A DNA stretch of 64,000 bases, taken from an uncultured Pseudomonadota bacterium. GTDB lineage: Bacteria; Oederibacteriota; Muellerivitia; Muellerivitales; Muellerivitaceae. This document shows positions 10,734 through 19,099 of the stretch, piece by piece (within the stretch, counting starts at the first letter, position 1; every line of letters starts with the position of its first letter). The DNA is taken from the NCBI GenBank assembly GCA_963843375.1, contig CAWJKT010000010.1, forward strand, positions 128,001 to 192,000. Reading direction: 5' to 3'. The notes beneath the pieces were generated by a model that saw nothing but the letters and a program-made list of their open reading frames with translations, did not search any database and was not told where the DNA came from. The translations under genes and the position numbers were made by a program.

Positions 10734-11390
10734 TTGAAAGACAATTTCTTGATCGCCGTCGCGAACCCTTCTCCCCGCTGTTTGTTCGTTTATCCCCATT
10801 TTACTTCCCAGTCCTTTTGGAATTACCGAGCCACCTGTGAGGTGGTAGGTGCCAAATATCCCACAGCCCCCCTAGGACTTATCACCGTGGCAGCCATGCT
10901 TCCCCCGGAATGGGAAATTAGGCTTAGCGACCTGAATGCGGAGGAACTGGACGTACGGGATGTGGAATGGGCCGACATTGTTTTTCTTGGGGGAATGATT
11001 GCTCAACAGCCTGATCACTTATACCTCATCGATTATTTCAAATCCTTGGGGAAAATAGTTGTCGTGGGAGGCCCGACGCAACATCGAGTCCCCGCCTTTA
11101 CGATAAGGCCGACTATCTTGTGCTTGGGGAAGCCGAGGTGACAATGCCCCTATTCCTAGCTGATTTCGCCAAAGGTAAAGCCGGACATTTTTACGAAACA
11201 GGTGGTTTGAAAGCAATTATGGCTGACGGTCCAATGCCTCGTTTCAAACTGCTGAGGTTCGACAACTATCTCCATGTGGGAATCCAATGGAACCGAGGAT
11301 GCCCCTTCATGTTCAAATTTTGCGACATCATCGAGCTATTCGGACGGATTCCGCGTGGAAAAAGTGTGGATAAGGTGCTGGAGGTTGCAT
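10734..11390 (+). pseudogene. Truncated, frameshifted B12-binding radical SAM gene (HpnP/DUF4070-like)
   Basis: SFW..PLGLITVAAMLP..VVGGP in one frame, then GEAE..RGCPFMFKFCDII in another; the middle Cys of CxxxCxxC is lost and the C-terminal half is absent. Confidence 0.8.
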
Positions 11391-11449
11391 ATATTACGGG
11401 TTGTTGCGATTTTACCGATTCTTTTGTGTGATTGAAGAATGGAGGGGAG

Positions 11450-12706
11450 ATGGAAGAGCAACCTGTAAAGTTGTACTCGTACAGATGGGTAGTGCTCGCG
11501 GTGTTCATGCTCATAAATGTCATGGTTCAAGTGCTGTGGATCTGTTACGCGCCTATCGCAACGCTGGCGGCCACCGCCTACGGAGTGAAGCGTGAAGACA
11601 TCGATCTCCTGGCGAACATGTTCATGCTTATCTACATCGTTGTCGCTTTCCCGGCGGCCTGGGCAATTGATACTTACGGTTTCAAGAAAGCGGTCGGATT
11701 CGGCGCCTCATTGATGGGAGCTTTCGGACTGCTCCGTGCGCTGTTTCCCACGAATTACACTATGGCGGTGGTGGGATCGATTGGTATATCGGTCGGACAA
11801 CCTTTTCTTTTAAATGCGTTCACCAAATTTGCTGCCCTTTGGTTTCCGCAAAAACACAGAGCAACCATAACGGGCGTCATTTTTCTTGCTGTGTTTTTAG
11901 GTATCGGGCTTGGCGAGGTGCTGGGACCAGGATTGGTTTCTGCCTGCGGTTTTGCAGGAATGCAGCTCATCTATGGAATTGTCTCGGCAGTTTCAGCCTT
12001 GTTGTTCCTTGTTCTGGCACAATCTGAGCCGCCAACACCGGCGAGCCCTCCGGGAGAGGAGGTTCGCGCGCTTGTGCTTGACAGCCTGAAGCAAATCCTA
12101 AAAAACAAAGACGTCTATATCCTCTCTCTCGCGCTGTTCCTGGCCAGCGGCATTGTGAACGGTGTGTTTACCCTGATTGACGGACTCGGAAAGGAGCTTT
12201 CGCTCACTGTAGACCAAGGTGTGCTGCTGACGGCTTTGTTGCTCCTCGGTGGAATCGTCGGTAGTATTGCGATTCCCGCGGTTTCGGACGCCTTAGGACG
12301 TCGGAAGCTGGTGCTGCTCATTTCGGTCTTTCTAGCAGTACCGGCCACGCTCGGTTTGGTGCTCGGGAGAGGCTTCGCATTCGAGATCATTTGTTTCTTT
12401 GTAATGGGCTTCGCGGTCACAGGCGTGACGCCGGTGGCCTATCAATACGGCGCTGAAATCACTTTTCCGGCTCCCGAGGGTACGAGCAATGGGATTTTCG
12501 CCCTGGTCGTACAGGCATCCGGTCTTCTGATAGTCCTGATGGACGCATTCCGGGGAACGTTCCATAACTCCTACATCCCATCGTTTGTAGGCCTCGCGCT
12601 GTTGCTGGGGGGAGCAGCCTTCCTCATGCTATCACTCTCCGAGTCCCCGAAGATGGCTCGATCATCGATAGCCGCTGAGTCGGAAGTAATATCAGACGGA
12701 CTGTAG
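11450..12706 (+). CDS. MFS transporter
   Basis: About 12 hydrophobic segments; IDTYGFK and SDALGRRK loop motifs; GGAGGGG RBS. Confidence 0.9.
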   Translation: MEEQPVKLYSYRWVVLAVFMLINVMVQVLWICYAPIATLAATAYGVKREDIDLLANMFMLIYIVVAFPAAWAIDTYGFKKAVGFGASLMGAFGLLRALFPTNYTMAVVGSIGISVGQPFLLNAFTKFAALWFPQKHRATITGVIFLAVFLGIGLGEVLGPGLVSACGFAGMQLIYGIVSAVSALLFLVLAQSEPPTPASPPGEEVRALVLDSLKQILKNKDVYILSLALFLASGIVNGVFTLIDGLGKELSLTVDQGVLLTALLLLGGIVGSIAIPAVSDALGRRKLVLLISVFLAVPATLGLVLGRGFAFEIICFFVMGFAVTGVTPVAYQYGAEITFPAPEGTSNGIFALVVQASGLLIVLMDAFRGTFHNSYIPSFVGLALLLGGAAFLMLSLSESPKMARSSIAAESEVISDGL

Positions 12707-12776
12707 CGAAGCCCCTTGGCTAGTGGATAAACGGCGATCAAAGACCTCTTATGCCTTTATTAATGTGGGGTATTAA

Positions 12777-13151
12777 GTGAATCCAGTCCTCAAAAAACTC
12801 CAATTCAAGGGCCAAAGTCCCGTATTGTTGATAGCGGCTCCTGCGGAGTTTCGAAAGATCGCAAAAGATTTCAAGGTCCCACTTCATACCGACCCAAAAG
12901 GGCAATACGAATTTATTCTTTGTTTTGTCACCTCCTTGGCCGAAGGAGAAAAAATATCTAAACGCCTTAAAAAAGCGGTTGGTAAAAAGACCGTTATGTG
13001 GATTGCATATCCCAAGGGAACCTCGAAAAAGTACCACTCTGATTACAACCGAGATACTGGGAACGCACTGATGGAGAAGCGGGGTTTTACAGGTGTTTCA
13101 TTGGTGGCCTTGGATGCGGATTGGTCCGCAATGCGTTTCAAAATATTTTGA
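12777..13151 (+). CDS. Conserved hypothetical protein (DUF3052-like)
   Basis: WIAYPKG..D.NRD and V..VALDADWSAMRF pattern. Confidence 0.65.
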   Translation: MNPVLKKLQFKGQSPVLLIAAPAEFRKIAKDFKVPLHTDPKGQYEFILCFVTSLAEGEKISKRLKKAVGKKTVMWIAYPKGTSKKYHSDYNRDTGNALMEKRGFTGVSLVALDADWSAMRFKIF

Positions 13152-13255
13152 TGAACCTGCAATTTATTATTCGGCCATCCCGAACAAAAAATCCATCTAG
13201 AAACAAGCATTTTTCTAATGACAGTTTTGATCACAATGAGGCGAGGAGGATTTAA

Positions 13256-13642
13256 ATGAGGATTAAGCTAAACAGCGTATTCGTAGACGACCAAGAAAAG
13301 GCTCTTAAGTTTTATACAGAAGTCTTGGGTTTTGTTAAAAAAGTTGATTTCCCCGTGGGGACATTTAAATGGTTGACGGTTGTCTCTCCTGAAGAACCAG
13401 ACGGAACACAATTATTGCTTTCGCCGAATGCCAACCCTACTTCAAAGACTTATCAAAAATCAATTTTTGAACAAGGAATACCTACCACCTCATTTGCGGT
13501 GGACGATGTTCAAAAAGAATATGAAAAGCTTAAAAAACTCGGAGTAAAGTTTAGGCAACAACCGGTAAAAATGGGACCGGTAACTCAAGCGGTTTTTGAT
13601 GATACCTGTGGAAACCTAATTCAGATTGCAGAGAAGGAATGA
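13256..13642 (+). CDS. VOC (glyoxalase/bleomycin resistance) family protein
   Basis: VFVDDQEKALKFYTEVLGF, FDDTCGNLIQI; GAGGAGG RBS. Confidence 0.92.
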   Translation: MRIKLNSVFVDDQEKALKFYTEVLGFVKKVDFPVGTFKWLTVVSPEEPDGTQLLLSPNANPTSKTYQKSIFEQGIPTTSFAVDDVQKEYEKLKKLGVKFRQQPVKMGPVTQAVFDDTCGNLIQIAEKE

Positions 13643-13648
13643 AAGTCT

Positions 13649-13662
13649 TTCCACAACGGGGA
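13649..13662. repeat. Palindromic repeat copy 1 (left arm only)
   Basis: TTCCACAACGGGGA, 6 bp after the VOC stop. Confidence 0.5.
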
Positions 13663-13672
13663 GGGTAAAAAG

Positions 13673-14455
13673 TTGAAAATAATCGGAAAAGAAATATTGG
13701 TAGTGCTGGGACTTATAGTCGCTATAAGCATTCCAGCGTATTTACTCCGACTTCTCTTTAAGTACTACGCTTTGTTTTCGTCCGTCGACCCCTTTGGGAC
13801 TACTTGGAAAGGAGTGTGGATCCTTCAGGCCTCTACCTTGGTGGGCGTTCTCGTGACCGCCCTCTATACGAGCTGGCTGTTCTCCCTAAAACCCTGGCAA
13901 GGATTTGAATTCATGGGATTCAAAAAGCCTGATGGGAAACAAATCCTAGTTGCTTTATTGGCTTCTTTGCCTACCGCTTTGAACATGTGGTATGCCCTTC
14001 ATTCAAGTCCTGGCGCAGCTTTGATTCAGGGTTGGGGACCCCACCTTCTTTTTTCTTTTCTTGGTAACGGGGTTGTCGAGGAAGGCTTTTTTCGCGGCTT
14101 TTTCTACCATTATTTTCGAATGAACCACTCTTTTGAGGGAGCTGCTTTGGGTTCGAGCCTTCTTTGGAGCTTGGCGCATCTGTCAATGTCCAGTGCCTTC
14201 GGCTCTTTTTGGGTCTCCATGATCTTGGCCCTCGTTTTGGGTTTCCCCTTTGCCTACCTTTTTGAAAAAGGGAAGAATGTCCTTTGGGGCTGTATGCTGG
14301 TCCACATGGTTCTTGATTCATCCCAGTTATTCAAAAATCCAGATGGAACCGGTCTTAATTTAGGAAATCTCCAGGTTGTGAGTCTTTTGCTCACCACAGC
14401 CCTTATTTTTATTCTGCCAAGATGGGTTATGAAATCGGATCGATCAATTCAATGA
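13673..14455 (+). CDS. CPBP (CAAX/Abi) family intramembrane metalloprotease
   Basis: EEGFFRG, WSLAH and VHMVLD motifs; multiple TM segments. Confidence 0.88.
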   Translation: MKIIGKEILVVLGLIVAISIPAYLLRLLFKYYALFSSVDPFGTTWKGVWILQASTLVGVLVTALYTSWLFSLKPWQGFEFMGFKKPDGKQILVALLASLPTALNMWYALHSSPGAALIQGWGPHLLFSFLGNGVVEEGFFRGFFYHYFRMNHSFEGAALGSSLLWSLAHLSMSSAFGSFWVSMILALVLGFPFAYLFEKGKNVLWGCMLVHMVLDSSQLFKNPDGTGLNLGNLQVVSLLLTTALIFILPRWVMKSDRSIQ

Positions 14456-14458
14456 TAG

Positions 14459-14488
14459 ATGTCCACGACGGGGACCCGTCATGGACAT
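14459..14488. repeat. Palindromic repeat copy 2
   Basis: ATGTCCACGACGGG-GA-CCCGTCATGGACAT; 14-bp arms with one mismatch. Confidence 0.9.
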
Positions 14489-14533
14489 GGAAATATTAGT
14501 TAATGAGGACTACGTTTTTCGAAGGGAGGCGTT

Positions 14534-15081
14534 TTGAGAAAAAACAAGGCCTTTTCAAATGATCTCGGGACTTTGCCCGTCACTATTTATGGAGGGGTTC
14601 CAGGCGCATTGTCGTTGTTCGGGTTGGGATTTTGCCTGGCATTTATTGTCGTCTTTTTACAAGTAACTGGGGACATTGTTCCCTTGTGGGCATGGCTGCT
14701 TTTTGGTTCCATGTCTTTTTTTATGTTTTTAATGGGAATGGTGATTCTTGAAAACCGCATCCAGGTTAACGAATCGAGTTTGTCCTTGTCCCGCATGCAC
14801 TGGAACCTATTTTCCCCGCCATACTTGAAAATTCCTTGGGCCGACATCCGGAAAATCGATGCCAGCCAAAAGAACATCAAACCCGGCCGATATGGCCCTA
14901 ACCAAATAACGTTGGTCCAAATTTTTCACAGCAGCTCGGAATAACCAGCGGAGATAAACGTAACCTTATTCAAGTCGAATCCCCAATGGCCAGTTATCGA
15001 AAAACCATCCTAGAGAAAGTGGGTGAAGTTCGGATCACGGAATCGGCCGGAAGGATTTTGGGGCGGGCGAGTCTTCATTAG
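14534..15081 (+). pseudogene. Two-TM membrane protein (bPH-like tail), apparently degraded at the 3' end
   Basis: ORF stops at 14944; protein-like sequence continues past the TAA and, after a shift in the A-run near 15000, runs to TAG at 15079-15081. Confidence 0.45.
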
Positions 15082-15086
15082 AAACT

Positions 15087-15120
15087 TGCCCACGACGGAA
15101 ACCCGTCGTGGACACCTAAA
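15087..15120. repeat. Palindromic repeat copy 3 with CCTAAA extension
   Basis: TGCCCACGACGGAAACCCGTCGTGGACACCTAAA. Confidence 0.88.
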
Positions 15121-15142
15121 TTTAGAATTGTGTACATAATTA

Positions 15143-15170
15143 TTGACATAGTAATAAGAAGCATTATATT
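15143..15170 (+). promoter_or_regulatory. Sigma70-like promoter of the TA operon
   Basis: TTGACA-16 bp-TATATT. Confidence 0.55.
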
Positions 15171-15211
15171 GAAGGGGTCGAAGGTTTTATAGCTTTCAAG
15201 AAGGTGGTCTT

Positions 15212-15490
15212 ATGCGAGTCGCGGGAGTAAGAGAATTTAGGGATCACGCGCCGGAATTTTTGAGCGGCGACGACCTTGTCTTTGTGACCAAACACGGGAA
15301 GGTTGCCAGCCTTTTGGTTCCGATGTCTAAGTCGCAGGAACTTCCCTTGGAATTGCGGAGGGAGCTTTTAACGAACCTGGGTTCTTCCATTTCAAATCAC
15401 CTCAAAAAATCAGGCGTCACTGAGCGGACGGTAACACATGACTTTGAAACATGGAGAAAAAGCCACCGGGCAAATCGCCGCGGACGCTAA
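15212..15490 (+). CDS. Phd/YefM-type antitoxin
   Basis: MRVAGVREFRDH..L...DLVFVTKHGKVASLLVP; overlaps the PIN gene. Confidence 0.8.
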   Translation: MRVAGVREFRDHAPEFLSGDDLVFVTKHGKVASLLVPMSKSQELPLELRRELLTNLGSSISNHLKKSGVTERTVTHDFETWRKSHRANRRGR

Positions 15491-15869
15491 CGTCCTCCTT
15501 TCCGCCGCAACCGGGAGGGCCGCTCTCAAAGTTTTCATCCATTCCAACCTTGAAGTCATATCCACATCCTTGAACATCAAAGAAGTTTGGGAATATCTTC
15601 CCGTAATGGCCGCGAAATATGGAATAGCCCCTGAACTCATGGAAAGCCAATTTCAATTATTAGCTGTCAGGGAATACGAACTCAGGGATTACCAAGGATC
15701 ATTGGCTATAGCTCGAAGAAAAATTGGAAAACGAGACCCGGATGATATTGATTTGCTGGCTTTATCTCTTGATCTGGGAATACCCCTGTGGTCAAACGAT
15801 GGTGATTTTTCGGGAACCGGCGTTGAATGGTATACCACGGCTCAACTTCTTAAAAAGTTAGAGCTTTAA
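15438..15869 (+). CDS. PIN-domain (VapC-like) toxin
   Basis: ADANVL, RDPDD and LWSNDGDF acidic catalytic residues; exact start uncertain. Confidence 0.85.
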   Translation: MTLKHGEKATGQIAADANVLLSAATGRAALKVFIHSNLEVISTSLNIKEVWEYLPVMAAKYGIAPELMESQFQLLAVREYELRDYQGSLAIARRKIGKRDPDDIDLLALSLDLGIPLWSNDGDFSGTGVEWYTTAQLLKKLEL

Positions 15870-15877
15870 TATGCGGC

Positions 15878-15910
15878 TTTAGGTGTCCACAACGGGGACC
15901 CGGAATGACA
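15878..15910. repeat. Palindromic repeat copy 4 with TTTAGG extension; right arm degenerate
   Basis: TTTAGGTGTCCACAACGGGGACCCGGAATGACA. Confidence 0.8.
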
Positions 15911-16046
15911 GGCTACTTGTAAGGTTTTACATCTTCATTAAGGGTCATTTGGGCGACGAAAAGGCTACTGGGGCGGGCACTTGTCGCCAAAATGGATTAA
16001 GCATAAAATGCTTTTAATTGTCAGGAAGAAACCAAAAGGCATTGAG

Positions 16047-16346
16047 ATGAAAACAGCCATCCAAATCGACAAAGAAAAAATAGCTGAAATATGCCGAAGA
16101 CACCATATCCAAAGGCTGTCCCTTTTTGGATCGGTCTTGCGGGATGATTTCAAGCCCGACAGCGACGTGGACGTACTGGTGCAATACCAGCCGGGCCAGG
16201 CCGTTGGTTTCGAGGTTTTTGACATCGAAAAGGAACTATCGGACCTGTTTGGCCATGAAGTGGATTTGGTGACTGAAAAATACCTTAATCCACGCCTTCG
16301 GGAACGCGTGCTCAATTCGGCGGAAGTCCAGTATGCAGAGGGATGA
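16047..16346 (+). CDS. Minimal nucleotidyltransferase (MntA-type antitoxin)
   Basis: LFGSVLRDDFKPDSDVD = GSx10DxD; VDLVT. Confidence 0.9.
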   Translation: MKTAIQIDKEKIAEICRRHHIQRLSLFGSVLRDDFKPDSDVDVLVQYQPGQAVGFEVFDIEKELSDLFGHEVDLVTEKYLNPRLRERVLNSAEVQYAEG

Positions 16347-16671
16347 CCGGGTTTATATCGGTCATATGTTAGATACGGCCAAAAAAGCCATCCTGAAAAT
16401 TCAAGGCCGGAAACAAGAAGAGTGCGAAGCGGACGAGGATTTTTGCATCGTCCTGGCCCATTACGTTCAAACTTTCGGGGAGGCCGCCCGACATGTAAGC
16501 CCCGCCTAACAATCCGCTCACCCCAATATTCCCTGGGAAAAAATCATCGGGACGCGCCATAAAATTGTTCACGATTATTTGAGCGTGGATTATGGGGTCG
16601 TCCTGGGGGTTGTCTTCAGGGAATTTCCACCGTTAATCCCCATCTTGGAAAAATACCTGGCCGAGATTTAA
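16333..16671 (+). pseudogene. HepT-like HEPN (DUF86) toxin with an internal stop
   Basis: Not in the ORF track. My translation: [46 protein letters not shown]..; in-frame TAA at 16507-16509; Rx4H motif. Confidence 0.85.
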
Positions 16672-16706
16672 ATTCGAGTTTTCGGGCTTATTTTGCCGAA
16701 ACAACC

Positions 16707-16734
16707 TGTCCACGACGGGGACCCGCCTTGAACA
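16707..16734. repeat. Palindromic repeat copy 5
   Basis: TGTCCACGACGGGGACCCGCCTTGAACA. Confidence 0.85.
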
Positions 16735-16815
16735 AAGAAAAAGAACTGATTTGGCGGTCTGAAATGTGGAGTCTCTCGATTGCGATTTCTGGAAAAAGGT
16801 CGTAGGATTTAGGTC

Positions 16816-17166
16816 ATGCAAAAACTGATTTTGATAATTCAACGAATGGTCTTGGTGTTTGGGTTCTTGGTGTCCCTGGTGCCCTGTTATGCTTGTCAGC
16901 AAGAATCAACCCCTATGAAGGCTTGTTCTATGTGCCACATGGAGCTTCCGATGAGTTGCTGCCATCACTCCAAGCCGACGGATCCCTTGTGCCAAATTGT
17001 GAACCAGCCGGCAGTTACACTTTCCTCAGTAAATCCGTCGATTGCGGCCACTACGGTGACTGCAAAAAGAATATTTCAACCGCCGTATTTGCCGATATTT
17101 AAGGCGGCTCCGGTTATCCAAATCGTTGAATCTCCTCCACGAAGTTCTCCTGTCCTTAGAATCTGA
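16816..17166 (+). CDS. Small exported Cys/His/Met-rich protein (DUF2946-like leader architecture)
   Basis: Signal-like N-terminus, CSMCH and SCCHH motifs, C-terminal SPPRSSPVLRI. Confidence 0.55.
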   Translation: MQKLILIIQRMVLVFGFLVSLVPCYACQQESTPMKACSMCHMELPMSCCHHSKPTDPLCQIVNQPAVTLSSVNPSIAATTVTAKRIFQPPYLPIFKAAPVIQIVESPPRSSPVLRI

Positions 17167-17247
17167 TCCATTCCTTTTGCGGTTGTGAAAGCGAAAGCCG
17201 GTTGGCTTCCGCTTAATTGCGCTTTTGCGCTCAAAAGGAGTGGGACC

Positions 17248-18621
17248 TTGAAAAGCTTAAATAAGTACTCATCCGATTTTTTACCTGTACTTGGGCGGTT
17301 TTACCGCCCAAGTACACGACTTCTGCTATTGCCAGTCCTGACGGCTGTTTTCTTCATTTCACCCTGTTTTATTTCGGGTCTTTGGGCCGACTCGATGATG
17401 GACAAAATGATGCCTTCCATGAAAGAAGACGGCATCCTTTTGAATCCTACCCCAGACTTAGGTGGGATGGAACTGATGGACGTGGATATGCAGATGGTCA
17501 TGCCCTTCGCCTTGCCCCACATGCCCATGAGCATGCTGATGCTTCACGGCTATGGTTTTGGGGAATGGATCACGGAAGACGGTGCCCGTGGCCGTACGGC
17601 TTTTTCAGGACCCGACATGTTCATGGCCGATCTTGGAACGACCCTGGATGACCATCAATACCTCAACTTGGACTTAATGCTGACCAGCGACCTTTGGGCT
17701 GTGCCTGCCGCAGGAATCCCCGAACTCCTGCAAATCGGCGAGGACCAGGCCAACGGCCAGCCTTTTATCGACGCTCAGCACCCACACAGTTCACCCATCA
17801 TGGGCTTAACTCTCAGCGACACCTTTACCTTGGACGCAAGTGATAAAAGTGCCCTTAAATTATTCGTTGCGCCCCGGGGCGAAAGTACCGACGGGCCAAT
17901 CGCTTTTATGCACCGGATTACAGGCATGGTTAATCCTGACGTGCCTTTGGGACACCATATCGGCCAAGACGTAGGTCACATTACGAGCACCGTTTTGGGC
18001 GAGTCGCTAAAACTGGGTAGCTTCCATATCGAGTCCTCGGTTTTTAACGGTTCGGAACCCAACCCTACTCAGGTGGACCTACCCATCGGCCCGATCAACT
18101 CAGTGGCAGTCCGGGGCATTGAGGAATTTGCACCGAACATCATGCTCATGGCTTCTTACGCCTGGGTGGGTACGCCCGAGCCGGGCATCGCCAATGACCA
18201 GCGCTATTCCGCCTCCCTTTACACGCACACCCTACTTAGCGACACATGGACTTTTCATAACACACTTATCTATGGGGGTATTACCAATATCGACCACGTA
18301 TTCCAGTTGAGTTCTTTTTTGGATGAGTTTTTATTCAGTAACACTGTGGAAGACATATTCGCGCGCGTCGAAGTACTTCAACGCACACCGAATCAATTGG
18401 ATATCCCCGACATTCCTAACGGCAATACGGGCCAATGGGTGAGCGCTTTGACGTTGGGGTACAGCCATCAGCTTGAGGCCTGGGATGGATGGGAATTGAG
18501 GGCGGGATTTTCCGTGACCAACGACCAGCTTCCCGTGGACTATCAGGCATCTTATTCAGGAAACCCCTTTACCTATAAAGTGTTCTTCCAGTTGGGAGGC
18601 ACCCAGTCTTATCAGCTTTAA
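17248..18621 (+). CDS. Exported Met/His-rich protein, probable outer-membrane metal-associated protein
   Basis: TTG start after AAGGAG; MMDKMMPSM and HMPMSMLMLHG; QHPH, FMHR and GHH motifs; beta-rich C-terminus. Confidence 0.6.
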   Translation: MKSLNKYSSDFLPVLGRFYRPSTRLLLLPVLTAVFFISPCFISGLWADSMMDKMMPSMKEDGILLNPTPDLGGMELMDVDMQMVMPFALPHMPMSMLMLHGYGFGEWITEDGARGRTAFSGPDMFMADLGTTLDDHQYLNLDLMLTSDLWAVPAAGIPELLQIGEDQANGQPFIDAQHPHSSPIMGLTLSDTFTLDASDKSALKLFVAPRGESTDGPIAFMHRITGMVNPDVPLGHHIGQDVGHITSTVLGESLKLGSFHIESSVFNGSEPNPTQVDLPIGPINSVAVRGIEEFAPNIMLMASYAWVGTPEPGIANDQRYSASLYTHTLLSDTWTFHNTLIYGGITNIDHVFQLSSFLDEFLFSNTVEDIFARVEVLQRTPNQLDIPDIPNGNTGQWVSALTLGYSHQLEAWDGWELRAGFSVTNDQLPVDYQASYSGNPFTYKVFFQLGGTQSYQL

Positions 18622-18662
18622 GCGAGCAGTGATTTTAAATAAATAAAAAAAGGGAGCGGAAA

Positions 18663-19031
18663 ATGAAAAAGGCAATGATGATTTTGTTGGCGGCGACGTT
18701 GATGGTTTTAGCGAGCGTTAAATTATGGGCTCATGGAGATGATAAAACATCCGATCAAAACTTGACAGGGGAAGTGGTCTGCCTTAACTGCTATTTGGCG
18801 CATGGGGGACAAGGGAATGTCCATGTCAAATGCGCGAAACAATGTTTTGTCAAGGGTTTGCCGGTTGGTTTGAAAGTCGGGGAAAAACTTTATTTGTTGG
18901 TGGGGGAAAAACACGGAACCGCCAATAAGATGATGGCTCCCTATGCCGGGAAACAGGTTACGGTTTCCGGCCATCTTTTTGAGCAAGAGGGAATGAGTAT
19001 GTTCGAGGTTGAAAAAGTTAAAAAAAATTAA
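18663..19031 (+). CDS. Small periplasmic Cys/His protein (putative metal-binding, OB-fold-like)
   Basis: Signal peptide ending LWA-HG; CLNCY..H..HVKCAKQC..GLP. Confidence 0.65.
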   Translation: MKKAMMILLAATLMVLASVKLWAHGDDKTSDQNLTGEVVCLNCYLAHGGQGNVHVKCAKQCFVKGLPVGLKVGEKLYLLVGEKHGTANKMMAPYAGKQVTVSGHLFEQEGMSMFEVEKVKKN

Positions 19032-19099
19032 GGCTATTGCTGAATAATATTTTTGTACCTTAAAGTAAAGTTTAATTTTTTCTGATTATTGGTTATTAT

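Noticed and set aside
13649..16734. Palindromic repeats as a CRISPR array or canonical integron attC sites
   Set aside because: Spacing is 600-830 bp and contains whole genes, there are no cas genes, and there are no RYYYAAC/GTTRRRY cores.
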